A stretch of 64,000 nucleotides of DNA from Thermodesulfobacteriota bacterium (GTDB lineage: Bacteria; Desulfobacterota_D; UBA1144; Nemesobacterales; Mycalebacteriaceae). The translations under genes and the position numbers were made by a program. Below the pieces are notes generated by a model. That model did no database searches. It was not told the origin of the DNA and worked only from the letters and a program-made list of their open reading frames with translations. Of this stretch, positions 40,116 through 50,518 are shown one piece after another. The DNA lies in contig CBDAQI010000001.1 of assembly GCA_965198945.1 (NCBI GenBank), forward strand, positions 32,001 through 96,000, written 5' to 3'. Within the stretch, counting starts at the first letter, position 1. Each line of letters starts with the position of its first letter.

Positions 40116-40382
40116 TATTTTTCCACCATTCTTTCTTATCTTCTTCTTTACTAATATATTATAAACTCAAAGCAATAGCAGTAGTAAATGTTGATTTGTT
40201 GAAAACTTGCAATTCGCTCATTTTTCACCTTTCTTTTCCGCCTTCTTTTCTTATGGGTTTTGTTGACAACTCTGTTGATAAAACAATTAAAAAGTTGTGG
40301 AAAAATCCTGAAACAAATGATCTTTCCACTTTTCCACAAAAAGCAAACAATTTTTCCACAAAAAATACGGCGGCTTTTACCC
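40116..40382. other. oriC: replication origin oriC
   Basis: dnaA-dnaN intergenic. AT-rich TAATATATTATAAA, trios CAA-TAG-CAG-TAG-TAA (40173-40187), then boxes TGTTGATTT/TGTTGAAAA, TGTTGACAA, TGTTGATAA, TGTGGAAAA, TTTTCCACA x2. Confidence 0.85.
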
Positions 40383-41753
40383 CTATACCCTCATCCTCTC
40401 TTCCACACCCCTTACGGCGCTGATAGTTACTTCGTCCTTCTGAGCGAGACCCTTCTCTATTTTTGAAACGGCGTGGATAACAGTTGAGTGGTCTCTGTTG
40501 CCGAATTCATTGCCTATTGAGACATATGCCATATCAAGATGCTTCCTGATAAGGAACATTGCCAGTTGTCTTGCAAATGAGACTGTTTTTGTTCTTTCCT
40601 GGGATTCAAGCTGCCCCGTTTTCAGGTTGAAAGTGTTTTCAACGGTTGCCTTTATGATTGCGGCCGATATCTCTCCTTCACCGTTGCTTAACGCTCCTTT
40701 TAGATGAGCGGCGCGTTCGTTGATAACCTCTGTCGCCACCCTTATATCTATTGGAACCCCCTTTGCCTGTGCCATAATCACAAGCTTTGTGAGAACACCC
40801 TCAAGTTCTCTTACATTGTTTTTTACCTTCTCAGATATTAATTCCACAACCCCCTGGGGTATCTGCACGTTTTTTTCCTCGGCCTTTTTTCTTATGATTG
40901 CAGCCCTTGTTTCTATATCGGGAGGTCTTATGTCAACTATCAGACCCCACATAAATCTTGATGTTATTCTCTCGCCGAGATTTACCATCTCTCCAGGCAC
41001 TCTGTCACTTGTGATAACTATCTGTTTGCCGGCGTCGTAAAGGGCGTTGAAAGTGTGGAAAAACTCATGCAGAGTGCTGGCCTTTCCCTCTATGAACTGT
41101 ATGTCGTCAATCATAAGAAGATCACACTTCTTCCTCAATTTTGTTCTCATTGCGGCCGTGTTTCTTCCCGATATGTGCTCAATCACAATGTTTGTGAAAT
41201 CCTCAGAAGACAGGCAGCAGACGTTCAGTTCCGGATTCCTTTCCGCAAACTCGTTTCCCACGGCGTTCATAAGATGAGTTTTTCCCAGCCCGGAATCTCC
41301 CCTTATGAAGAGAGGATTGTGTCTGCCCGGCGTTCTTGCGGCCGCAAGCGCCGCAGCATTTGCGAAGTCGTTGCTTTCCCCCACCACAAAGCTTTCAAAA
41401 GAGTATCTGGAGTTTAAATAACCGAGAAAAACCTCTTTCCTTTCATTTTTCTGCGGCAGAAATACATGCCCATCCCCTTTTTCGCCCTCAGGATTGTTTA
41501 TTTCAACCTTCTCTATTGAGTGGAATTTGCTGAAATACCCGGATATCTCGCTGAGCGAATTTCCAAGATTATTTTTCAGGTAGTGAACCCCCATCTCGTC
41601 GCCGGGCATTATCTCCACGACTCCTTCGGTTTCGTTAAATTTTGATATATGAGCCTTTGAGAGCAGGTTGATAATTTCCGCTGAAATATTGTCCCGCTGC
41701 CTGACATGGTCAAGAAACATGTCCCAAACCTGCAGGGTATCTTCGCTTTTCAT
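40383..41753 (-). CDS. dnaA: chromosomal replication initiator
   Basis: Y.FE.FVVG.SN, NPLFI.G.SGLGKTHL, IDDIQF, EFFHTFN, NVRELEG, RDHSTV.HA. Confidence 0.97.
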   Translation of the reverse strand: MKSEDTLQVWDMFLDHVRQRDNISAEIINLLSKAHISKFNETEGVVEIMPGDEMGVHYLKNNLGNSLSEISGYFSKFHSIEKVEINNPEGEKGDGHVFLPQKNERKEVFLGYLNSRYSFESFVVGESNDFANAAALAAARTPGRHNPLFIRGDSGLGKTHLMNAVGNEFAERNPELNVCCLSSEDFTNIVIEHISGRNTAAMRTKLRKKCDLLMIDDIQFIEGKASTLHEFFHTFNALYDAGKQIVITSDRVPGEMVNLGERITSRFMWGLIVDIRPPDIETRAAIIRKKAEEKNVQIPQGVVELISEKVKNNVRELEGVLTKLVIMAQAKGVPIDIRVATEVINERAAHLKGALSNGEGEISAAIIKATVENTFNLKTGQLESQERTKTVSFARQLAMFLIRKHLDMAYVSIGNEFGNRDHSTVIHAVSKIEKGLAQKDEVTISAVRGVEERMRV

Positions 41754-41854
41754 ATTAAAACAAAGGCAATGGGAGGGGCTCCGGTGTTAACCTCATTAAG
41801 CCTGTTCACAGCAAAAGAAAAAAGCCGCACTCACCCCCACTTCACCTGATGTGG

Positions 41855-41884
41855 ATTCTAAACTCCAAAAAACCCTTCTGTCAA
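41855..41884 (-). promoter_or_regulatory. dnaA promoter
   Basis: Minus strand TTGACA, 18 nt, TAGAAT, with a DnaA-box-like GAATCCACA overlapping the -10. Confidence 0.6.
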
Positions 41885-41927
41885 ATCCCCCTCCCGCGCC
41901 TTTTCATTTGTGTAGAATAACCCCTCC

Positions 41928-43404
41928 ATGACTTCAAACATTCTGAGTTGCGCCGTTCTGGGCGTTGAGGGCTACGTTGTGGAAGTTGAGGTGGACATGA
42001 GCGCGGGGCTGCCGGGTTTCACAACGGTCGTTCTGCCTGAGGGCGCGGTCAGAGAAAGCAAGGAAAGGGTCAGGTCCGCAATAAAAAACAGCGGTTTCAG
42101 GATACCTCCCAGGAGAATCACCGTAAATCTTGCGCCGGCAAATGTCAGAAAAGACGGATCTTCGCTGGACCTGCCTATCTCGGTTGGAATGCTTCTGGCC
42201 GCAGGGCTCATAAAACCTGTTGAAAACACCAAAGACTTTCTGATAGTGGGGGAGCTCTCGCTCGACGGCAGAGTGAAAAAGATAGGGGGTGTTCTTCCCA
42301 TGGTTTTTTGTACAAAACAAAAAGGCCTCAAGGGCGTTGTTGTGCCGGCCGGCAATGCCGCGGAGGCTTCTCTTGTTTCAAGGGCTCCGGAAAGTTGGAG
42401 CCCGAAGTTTTTGAACGGGAGGCTTTCCGCCGTTCGGAGGCTCAATACGGAGTTGACTTCAGCGAAGTCAAGGGACAGCATCAAGCAAAACGCGCCATTG
42501 AGATTTCAGCGAGCGGCGGGCACAACATCCTTATGGTCGGGCCTCCGGGTTCGGGAAAAACTCTTCTTGCGAGAAGAATACCCACAATACTTCCCGACAT
42601 GAGTTTTTCCGAAGCCATGGAGACTTCAAAAATATACTCCGTTTCCGGATTTCTGAGAGAGGGAATTCCGCTTTTGTCACAGCGTCCCTTCAGGTCTCCC
42701 CACCACACGGTCAGTGAAGCGGGTCTGATAGGCGGGGGCCCTGTTCCGCGCCCCGGAGAAATAAGCCTCGCTCATAACGGCGTTTTGTTTCTTGATGAGA
42801 TGCCGGAATTCAGAAGAGCCGCCATTGAAGCGATGAGGCAGCCGCTTGAAGACGGGGAGGTTGTCATATCAAGGGCCGCCACAACGCTTGCGTATCCCGC
42901 AAAATTCATGCTTGTCGGCGCAATGAATCCCTGCCAGTGCGGTCATCTGGGAGATTCCGTAAAACCGTGTGTGTGCCGCCCCGATCAGATCAGGAAATAC
43001 CGCAGCAAAATTTCAGGCCCCGTTCTCGACAGGCTTGACATGAACATAGAGGTTCCCGCTCTGAACTACGCGGAGCTTTCCGATGAAAGCCGGGGTGAGA
43101 GTTCGGCCTTCATCAGGGAAAGAGTGAACTCGGCAAAAAAAATTCAGAATGAGCGCTTCAGGGACACGGACTGTTTCTGCAATTCTCAGATGTCGCCGCA
43201 GATGCTCAAAAAAGTTGCCCCTCTTTCTGATTCATCAAAAAAATCCTTGAGACGGCTGTGGAAAAACTCGGACTTTCCGCGCGTTCAGACAGGATAACAA
43301 AGGTTTCAAGGACAATAGCGGATCTTGCGGGATGTGATGATATTTTGCCCGAGGACATAGACGAAGCGGTTCAATACAGGAGGCTTGACGGGTATTTTCA
43401 GTAA
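41928..43404 (+). pseudogene. comM: ComM/YifB Mg-chelatase-like AAA+ ATPase, multiply disrupted
   Basis: N-terminus (RITVNLAPA, DLPI, GELSLDG) and ATPase (GPPGSGKT, RSPHHT, GEISLAHNGVLFLDE) are in different frames, with an apparent deletion near 42378. A second -1 shift lies in the A7 run at 43237-43243. The tail [18 protein letters not shown]...EAVQYR ends at TAA 43404. Confidence 0.88.
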
Positions 43405-43451
43405 CTCCGCATTGACAAACCGCCCGCCGCCTGAAACAATTTTTGCATAAG

Positions 43452-44516
43452 ATGAGCGAAGATAACGATTCTTCAGACCATAGACTTTCTTCACCGCAAA
43501 GCAGCGCGCCCGCGGATGAGGCTTTTGTTGTCTCACGGGCTCTTGAAAGGTTCGGCACGGGCGTACTTCCGGCGCTTATTGTAGTCGGGCCGGGCGACGA
43601 TGCGGCGGTGCTTGATTTCGGCGCTCCAGAGTATTTTGTTGACAGTTGCGACTGCGCGGTTGAGGGAGTTCATTTCAGAAGAGAGTGGCTGGGGTTGGCG
43701 GGTTTTGACCATCCGTCCGTGGGCGCCCGGGCGGTTATCTGCGCCGCAAGCGATATTACGGCCATGGGTGCCTCTCCAAAAACGGTTCTCGTGAGCGCGG
43801 GGCTTCCCTCAGGCACTGAGAAGGGAGTTGTTGAAGCCCTTTTTGACGGGGTTGAAAAGGGTTGCAAATCGGTCGGCGCCGCCGTGACTGGGGGCAATGT
43901 GTCTTCGGCGCCGTTTATTTTTCTTGACATCAAGGTCACGGGCGAGACCGTGGGGCGCGCTTTTGTCCGCAACCGCGGGGCGGAGAGCGGGGATGGGGTT
44001 TTTATCACCGGAGAGCTCGGTGGTTCCGAAGCCGTGGTATGTGCGCTTGATGAAATGCTCTCGCTGGAAGGTGTCCGGCCCGATCCAAGCGTCTGTGCGC
44101 TGATTGAGAATTTTTGTTTTCCCTCTGCGAGGACGGATGTGGGTCTCGCCCTTTGCGGGGGCGCAATACCTTCCGCAATGACTGATGTGAGCGACGGGCT
44201 GTTCGCCGATCTCGGGCGCGTGGTCTCGCTTTCGGGCGCGGGCGCGGACATATTTCTTGAAAAAATTCCCGTCTCGTCCGCTTTCAGAGACGGCGCCCGG
44301 GGCGCCATTGTCGCGGGCGGTGATTATGAGCTTGTGTTCACCGCCCCGCCCGGCATGGCTGAAAAGATAACTGAGGTGTCGGACGGGTCGCATGTGAAGA
44401 TAACGGAAATAGGCCGCGTTACGGACTCAGGCGCCGTAAAAATTTTTGATTCGGCCGGTGAAGTTACCGGGTCTTTTGAGGGACCGGGCGGCTACCTCCA
44501 CAACGGGAAGAAATGA
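43452..44516 (+). CDS. thiL: thiamine-monophosphate kinase
   Basis: GPGDDAA, EGVHF, SDI.AMG..P, GGN, DVSDGL..DL, GGDYEL.FT. Confidence 0.92.
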   Translation: MSEDNDSSDHRLSSPQSSAPADEAFVVSRALERFGTGVLPALIVVGPGDDAAVLDFGAPEYFVDSCDCAVEGVHFRREWLGLAGFDHPSVGARAVICAASDITAMGASPKTVLVSAGLPSGTEKGVVEALFDGVEKGCKSVGAAVTGGNVSSAPFIFLDIKVTGETVGRAFVRNRGAESGDGVFITGELGGSEAVVCALDEMLSLEGVRPDPSVCALIENFCFPSARTDVGLALCGGAIPSAMTDVSDGLFADLGRVVSLSGAGADIFLEKIPVSSAFRDGARGAIVAGGDYELVFTAPPGMAEKITEVSDGSHVKITEIGRVTDSGAVKIFDSAGEVTGSFEGPGGYLHNGKK

Positions 44517-45847
44517 GCGGCGTTTTTATCGGCACATTGACGGCATTTGTTCTTCTGTGCGTGTCCGCATTTTTCTGCCTCGCCGAGGGGTCTCTTTTTT
44601 CTCTGGGCAGGCATCAGAGGGAGAACTTGAGAAAAGCCGGCGGGAAAAAAGCGGAGCTCATAGAAGAGCTTCTGAGCAAGCCTGGTGATCTTATAGTCAC
44701 GGTTCTTTTTGCGGACGAGGCGGTCAACATAGCCTATTCGGCGGCCGTTGCGATGGTGGTTGCGAGCCTCATGAGCTCTTTTTCTTCCGAGGCCGTCACC
44801 GCCGTGTCCATCGCGGTGGCTTCTCCGGCCCTTCTGATATTCGGCGAGACGGTGCCGAAAACCCTCGCCGTCCGTTTTCCCTCAGAAGTGGCAAAGCGTC
44901 TGGCCGTTCCCTTGAGCTTCTTCCACCGCTTCATAACGCCGGTTCGCTGGCTGATAATAAAGTTTTCAAACCTCTTCATCCCCCGCGGTGACACGGACGG
45001 CGAACTGTCCCGTGGGCTCACGGAGGATTTCAGCGAAGAAGACATAGAAGCCCTTGTTCTGATGGGAAGGGAAGAGGGGGTTGTAAATGAGATAGAAAGC
45101 CGGTTTGCGGACCGGCTTTTCCGTCTGCGCGACATCTCAGTGCGCCGGATAATGACCCCGAACGTGCACTGTATGACTCTTGGCGATTCACTTTCGGCAC
45201 ACCAGATGCTTTATAAGATAAAAAAGGCTGGGTATTCAAGAGTGCCCGTCCATTCGGGAGACAGAAACGACATCAGGGGAGTAATATACGCCAAGGATAT
45301 GCTGCTTGATGTTCCCGAAGAAGAGGATTCTCTTGACAGATATATTCACCCCCCGTATTTCATCCCCGCAAGCAAGGCGGCTTTTGATCTTCTCAGAGAG
45401 TTCCGGCGCAGAAGAACCCATATGGCAATTGTTGTTGACGAATACGGAAGGTTTGACGGAATTGTGACGATGGAGGACATACTGGAAGAAATCGTCGGTG
45501 AAATTGAAGACGAGAGAAGCATCGCCAGAGCGCTGCCCTCGGCCAGGTGGGACGGTGGAAAACTGATTGTTCCGGGAAGCTACATGGTTGAAGATTTCAA
45601 CGACCTTATGCTTTTTCCGCTTATCAGATTTGTGGGCATAGAAAGGTTTTCCGAAGCCCTCTCACGGTCAGCCATCCCCTCCGGCGAAACGGTGGCGGGT
45701 TTTGTTTTCGGAAGGTTCGGCGCTCTTCCGTCCGAGGGTCAGAGCGTATTTCACGGAAGTCTTGAGTTCAGTGTGACGAAAATATCGGGCAGGAGAATCA
45801 GCGAAATAACCGTGGGCGTGAGGCCGGGAGAAAAAAATGAGTCTTGA
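44513..45847 (+). CDS. CNNM/DUF21-CBS-CorC (hemolysin-family) transporter
   Basis: SAFF..AE, FGE..PK, YSR.PV, VVDEYG..GIVT.EDILEEIVGEI.DE. Confidence 0.9.
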   Translation: MSGVFIGTLTAFVLLCVSAFFCLAEGSLFSLGRHQRENLRKAGGKKAELIEELLSKPGDLIVTVLFADEAVNIAYSAAVAMVVASLMSSFSSEAVTAVSIAVASPALLIFGETVPKTLAVRFPSEVAKRLAVPLSFFHRFITPVRWLIIKFSNLFIPRGDTDGELSRGLTEDFSEEDIEALVLMGREEGVVNEIESRFADRLFRLRDISVRRIMTPNVHCMTLGDSLSAHQMLYKIKKAGYSRVPVHSGDRNDIRGVIYAKDMLLDVPEEEDSLDRYIHPPYFIPASKAAFDLLREFRRRRTHMAIVVDEYGRFDGIVTMEDILEEIVGEIEDERSIARALPSARWDGGKLIVPGSYMVEDFNDLMLFPLIRFVGIERFSEALSRSAIPSGETVAGFVFGRFGALPSEGQSVFHGSLEFSVTKISGRRISEITVGVRPGEKNES

Positions 45848-47060
45848 AGTCACGGTGGCGGCTGTTGTTCTGTGTCTCGCCCTTCAGGCTTTTTTTGCCG
45901 GTTCTGAGATAGCGCTGATATCCTGCGACAAAATAAAGATCAAAATGCTTGCAAGCAGAGGGTCCCGCTCGGCCCGTCTTGTGCTCAAATCCCACTCCGA
46001 GGTGGAGAACTTCCTCGGCACAACGCTTGCGGGAATCAACCTTTCCCTCATAACAAGCACGATAGTTCTGACATTCTACATAGAAAGCCGTTTCGGCGGC
46101 GGAGAGCTCTACTCGGTGCTGATTCTGTCTCCGCTTGTGGTTGTTTTCGGGCAGGTTGTTCCAAAATCCATCTTCCGCAAGAGGAGCGATTCAATGATAC
46201 TTTGGGTTATATACCCTCTCTGGACGGCGACCAAACTGTTCCTTCCGCTCACCTGGGTCGTCAACCTTTTCACGCGTCTGGCGCTGCGCCTCGCAGGCAA
46301 AAGGTCTTCGGTCACAAGGGATGAAATAATGGACGCCATAAGGGCGCACGGGGGTGAAACGTCCGACTCGGCCAAAAGGGAAATGCTCCGCAGGGTGTTT
46401 CTGTTTTCAGAGGTGACCGTCGGAGACATTATGGTGCCGCTCTCTTCGGTTAAAGCGCTTGCCGAATCCGCAACCGTTGCCGAGGCAACCGAGCTTGTGA
46501 GAACCACGGGCTATACCCGCATACCGCTCTACAGCGGCAGGCTTGACAAAATAACCGGTGTGCTGCACTCGTTTTTTCTGCTGAAAGGCTCGGACGACGC
46601 CTCTGCGACCGAGGTGGGCTCATATGCCTCAGAGGCTTTTTATGTTCCCGAACACAAACCAATTAATGAGCTTCTTGAGGAAATGAAAGCGGGAACCTCA
46701 ATGGCGGTCGTTGTTGACGAATACGGCGGAGCGGTGGGAATCGTAACACTTGAAGACATACTTGAGGAAATAGTCGGCGAAATAGAAGACGAGCATGACA
46801 AGGGTGAAAGCCTCTGGACAAGAACCGGAGCAAATGAATACCTCGTTTCCCCCGGCATCAGTGTGGAGCGCGTAAATGAGGACATCGGTGTCTCCATACC
46901 GGAGAGTAAAGAATACGAGACGCTGGGCGGATTTCTGCTCTCACGCTTCGGTCACATACCCCTTGAGGGAGACACTCTTGAAGCCTGCGGAGCCATCTTC
47001 ACCGTCAAATCCGCAACATCAAGGTCAATACAAAAGGTCAAAATCGCCCCAACAGGTTGA
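45837..47060 (+). CDS. second CNNM/DUF21-CBS-CorC transporter
   Basis: AFFAGSEIA, FGQVVPK, YTRIP, VVDEYGG..GIVTLEDILEE, YETLGGF. Confidence 0.9.
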   Translation: MSLEVTVAAVVLCLALQAFFAGSEIALISCDKIKIKMLASRGSRSARLVLKSHSEVENFLGTTLAGINLSLITSTIVLTFYIESRFGGGELYSVLILSPLVVVFGQVVPKSIFRKRSDSMILWVIYPLWTATKLFLPLTWVVNLFTRLALRLAGKRSSVTRDEIMDAIRAHGGETSDSAKREMLRRVFLFSEVTVGDIMVPLSSVKALAESATVAEATELVRTTGYTRIPLYSGRLDKITGVLHSFFLLKGSDDASATEVGSYASEAFYVPEHKPINELLEEMKAGTSMAVVVDEYGGAVGIVTLEDILEEIVGEIEDEHDKGESLWTRTGANEYLVSPGISVERVNEDIGVSIPESKEYETLGGFLLSRFGHIPLEGDTLEACGAIFTVKSATSRSIQKVKIAPTG

Positions 47061-47103
47061 TATTTGACTTTTGTCTTATGATAATTCACCTTTGCCTTCA
47101 ACG

Positions 47104-47177
47104 GGGGATGTAGCTCAGTCTGGGAGAGCGCTGCCTTCGCAAGGCAGAGGTCGGGGGTTCGATTCCCCTCATCTCCA
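47104..47177 (+). tRNA. tRNA-Ala (CGC)
   Basis: GGGGATGTAGCTCAG...CTGCC-TTCGCAA-GGCAG...GGTTCGATTCC...CATCTCCA; G3-U70 identity pair; CCA not encoded. Confidence 0.95.
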
Positions 47178-47232
47178 GATAATTGGAATTTTTGTTTTTT
47201 CTGTTTTTAACTTTATAAGTCGGAGGTGCCGG

Positions 47233-47868
47233 ATGCGTTTTTTACTGCTTTTTTCAGCGTCATTCTTTTCGTTTGGAGCTTCAGATGCTTCGGCCCACCA
47301 TCCTTGGGATGGCGCCGTGCTTACAAAGTGGTATCAGGGCTTGATTTCAGGCTTCGGACATCCCGTGCTGGGGCTTGACCATGTTGCTTTTCTCGTCGCC
47401 GTGGGGCTTTTATGCTCTCTGTGCTTCAGAGACAGAGGCGCTCTCTGGGCTTTTGTTCCCGCAACGATTGCCGGTGTTTTTGCATACCTGTTTCTTTCGG
47501 CCGGTCCGATGCAGATTCCGTTCTACGAAACGGCCGTCAGTCTGACGGTGGCGCTTGCGGGGGTTCTTGTGTTTTCGGGCGGTCTTCTGTCACGCAGGGT
47601 GGGGGTGTTTTTCGTTGGTCTTTTCGGGATATTCCACGGTTATGCCTACGGCGGTGGAATTGTCGGGGCGGAAAACTCTCCTTTTATTTTCTATCTCGCG
47701 GGTCTTGCGATTGTTCAGACGGCCGTTGTTTTCACAATTGCGTTTTTCGCTTCAAAACTTGAGCGGTTTCTTTCCGGCAGTCCCGGATATTCCAACGGTT
47801 TGCTGACAAAAGCCGCGGGCGCGCTTCTCTTTGCCGCCGGAACGGTTATGTCATTCCAGTCTCTGTAG
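47233..47868 (+). CDS. HupE/UreJ family Ni/Co transporter
   Basis: GGAGG SD; signal peptide then HH, G..HPV.GLDH, FHGYAYG. Confidence 0.88.
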   Translation: MRFLLLFSASFFSFGASDASAHHPWDGAVLTKWYQGLISGFGHPVLGLDHVAFLVAVGLLCSLCFRDRGALWAFVPATIAGVFAYLFLSAGPMQIPFYETAVSLTVALAGVLVFSGGLLSRRVGVFFVGLFGIFHGYAYGGGIVGAENSPFIFYLAGLAIVQTAVVFTIAFFASKLERFLSGSPGYSNGLLTKAAGALLFAAGTVMSFQSL

Positions 47869-47923
47869 ATTTCTTTTAAGTTTTGATAACGAAAAGCCGT
47901 TAAATATAGTAAGCTCCGTTTCC

Positions 47924-50518
47924 ATGAAAGACTCAAGCACACCGATGCTTGAACAATACAAGAGCATCAAAGCCCGTTATCCCGACTCAATACTTTTCTT
48001 CCGGCTCGGTGACTTCTACGAGATGTTCTTTGAAGACGCAAGGAAGGCGTCCGGAATTCTTGGAATCACCCTCACATCACGCAATAAAAAATCCCCAAAC
48101 CCGGTTCCCTTCTGCGGAGTTCCTTTTCACAGCGCCGAGGGCTATCTTTCAAAACTTCTTGAGAGCGGGCTTAAAGTTGCCATATGCGAGCAGGTGGAAG
48201 AGAACAAGCCCGGCAAACTTGTTGAAAGACGTGTTGTAAAGGTGCTGACTCCGGGAATGGTCGTCGGCTCGGAAAATCTTGATTCCAAAACCAATAACTA
48301 CATCGCCTGTCTCAACCGGGATGCTTCCGGCTTTCATCTGGCGCACTGTGACATTTCAACCGGAGACTTCGCGGTGTGTTCTTTTGAAAAAGAAACCGAA
48401 GCGCTCTCGGAGCTTATGAAGCTCGTGCCGTCTGAAATTCTGCTTGCGGAGGAAAACAGTGTTTGCCGTGGGGATGCGGCTGATTTTTCATGGAATCCGC
48501 TTTTCACCTTCAGGGAGGATCTGTTTGTTTCAAGCGAGCCCGGCGCGGCGTTGATGAAACATTTTGGGATCACATCACTCGGTGTGTGCGGATTTGAGGA
48601 AACCTCCGGCGCGGCTCTGGTGTGCTCGGCGCTTGTTGAGTATATGCGCGAGACGCAGATGCAATATATGCCCTCAATAAAGCCGCCGGTTTTATACGGG
48701 CCTGAAAACTGCGTCCGCATGGACGATTCCACGAGAAGAAATCTTGAGCTTGTAAGCCCGATGAACTCCGCTGACGGCCCGACCCTTGTAAAAGTTATTG
48801 ACCTCACACTCACCCCGATGGGCGGGCGTCTTTTAAGAAGGTGGATTGACTATCCGTTAAAAGATACGGCGGAGATTGAAAGCAGGCTTGGCGCGGTTGA
48901 AAGTCTCCTGCGGGACTCCGCTCTCGCCGGTCGGTTGAGAGAAGTGCTGAAGGGCGTGGGTGACATGGAGCGGCTTATCGGCAGGATATCAATCCCTTCT
49001 TCCAGGCCCAGGGATGTGGTTGCGCTGAACGATTCTCTTTTGAGAGCGGCTGAACTGAAAAGTATTCTTGCGGATTCAACCAACCCTTTTCTTTCCGGCA
49101 TCGGAGATGAAACCGATGACTTCTCACCCCTGACCGCCGAGATAAAAGCGACAATTTCAGATGAGCCGCCCGTCACCCTGAACGAAGGCGGTGTGATAAG
49201 AGACGGCCGCAATACGGCGCTTGATGAGCTGAGGCTTTTGAGGAAGGAAGGCAGAAACTGGATATCCGTCTTTGAAACCCGGCAGAGGGAAAGAACGGGG
49301 ATACCTTCTCTGAAAGTGGGTTATAACAGGGTTTTCGGTTATTACGTTGAGGTCAGAAAATCATCTCTCGGCATGGTGCCTCAGGACTATGTGAGAAAAC
49401 AGACCCTTACTTCCGGCGAGAGATACACGACGCCTGAGCTCTCCGGCTGGGAGGAGAAAATCAAGAGCGCCGAAGAGGAGATGCTTTGTCTTGAAAGAGA
49501 AATATTTGAGGATTTGAGGAAGGCTATCTGCTCGGTGGCCGAAAAGGTGCGCAAATGCGCCGGTCTGATTGCGGTTGCTGATGTTCTTTCCTGTTTTTCC
49601 GAAGTCGCGGTGCGAAACCGGTACTCAAAACCCGCCGTGAACGAAGAAGGTCTCATAGAGCTCTGCGGCAGCAGGCATCCGGTTGTTGAGCGGATAAGGG
49701 GGGCGGCGGATTTTATTTCAAACGACATAAAAATTGACCGCGATGAAAACAGGTTTCTGCTCATAACAGGCCCCAATATGGCAGGAAAATCCACGCTGAT
49801 AAGGCAGGTCGCGCTGACTGTTCTGATGGCTCAGATAGGGAGTTTTGTGCCGTGTTCAAGCGCAACCGTGGGAATTGTGGATAAAATTTTTACGCGGGTC
49901 GGCGCGTCTGACAATCTTGCCAGGGGACTTTCCACTTTTATGTCGGAGATGGTTGAGACGGCTTACATAATGAGAAACTGCACTTCGCGCAGCCTTGTAA
50001 TTCTGGACGAAATCGGGCGCGGCACCGGCACTTTTGACGGCATGAGCATAGCGTGGGCGGTGGCGGAATATATCCACAAAATCGGCTCAAGGTCACTTTT
50101 TGCCACTCATTACCACGAGCTTGCAAACCTTGCCGTATCAAATGAGGGGGTTAAAAACTACAATGTCGCCGTGAAAAAGAGCGGTGATGAGGTGGTTTTT
50201 CTGAAAAAACTTGTTCCGGGACCCTCAAACCACAGTTACGGAATTCAAGTCGCCTCTCTTGCGGGCGTTCCGCAGGAAGTCCTGAATTCGGCGCGCAGGA
50301 TGCTTTCGTCGCTTGAGGGCATGCGCTCACGAATGAGTGAGTTGATGGGAAACGAGCAAATGTCTCTTTTTCCCGAAGCCGCCGGAGAGGAAACTTCCCA
50401 CGGCGACCGTTTCGGCGATGCGGCCGAATATCTGTCAAAAATAGACACGATGAACCTCACCCCCGCGCAAGCCATAGAGGCCATTGAGGAGTTGAAGAGA
50501 AAAATTGGGTCTGAATGA
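47924..50518 (+). CDS. mutS: DNA mismatch repair protein
   Basis: TPM..QY, GDFYEMF, TGPNMAGKST, STFM.EM, DEIGRGT, FATHYHEL, SYGI.VA. Confidence 0.97.
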   Translation: MKDSSTPMLEQYKSIKARYPDSILFFRLGDFYEMFFEDARKASGILGITLTSRNKKSPNPVPFCGVPFHSAEGYLSKLLESGLKVAICEQVEENKPGKLVERRVVKVLTPGMVVGSENLDSKTNNYIACLNRDASGFHLAHCDISTGDFAVCSFEKETEALSELMKLVPSEILLAEENSVCRGDAADFSWNPLFTFREDLFVSSEPGAALMKHFGITSLGVCGFEETSGAALVCSALVEYMRETQMQYMPSIKPPVLYGPENCVRMDDSTRRNLELVSPMNSADGPTLVKVIDLTLTPMGGRLLRRWIDYPLKDTAEIESRLGAVESLLRDSALAGRLREVLKGVGDMERLIGRISIPSSRPRDVVALNDSLLRAAELKSILADSTNPFLSGIGDETDDFSPLTAEIKATISDEPPVTLNEGGVIRDGRNTALDELRLLRKEGRNWISVFETRQRERTGIPSLKVGYNRVFGYYVEVRKSSLGMVPQDYVRKQTLTSGERYTTPELSGWEEKIKSAEEEMLCLEREIFEDLRKAICSVAEKVRKCAGLIAVADVLSCFSEVAVRNRYSKPAVNEEGLIELCGSRHPVVERIRGAADFISNDIKIDRDENRFLLITGPNMAGKSTLIRQVALTVLMAQIGSFVPCSSATVGIVDKIFTRVGASDNLARGLSTFMSEMVETAYIMRNCTSRSLVILDEIGRGTGTFDGMSIAWAVAEYIHKIGSRSLFATHYHELANLAVSNEGVKNYNVAVKKSGDEVVFLKKLVPGPSNHSYGIQVASLAGVPQEVLNSARRMLSSLEGMRSRMSELMGNEQMSLFPEAAGEETSHGDRFGDAAEYLSKIDTMNLTPAQAIEAIEELKRKIGSE

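Noticed and set aside
47071..47232. N-terminal extension of the HupE/UreJ ORF, and the 34556-34759 ORF
   Set aside because: Both are translations of tRNA genes; the real HupE start is ATG 47233 after GGAGG.
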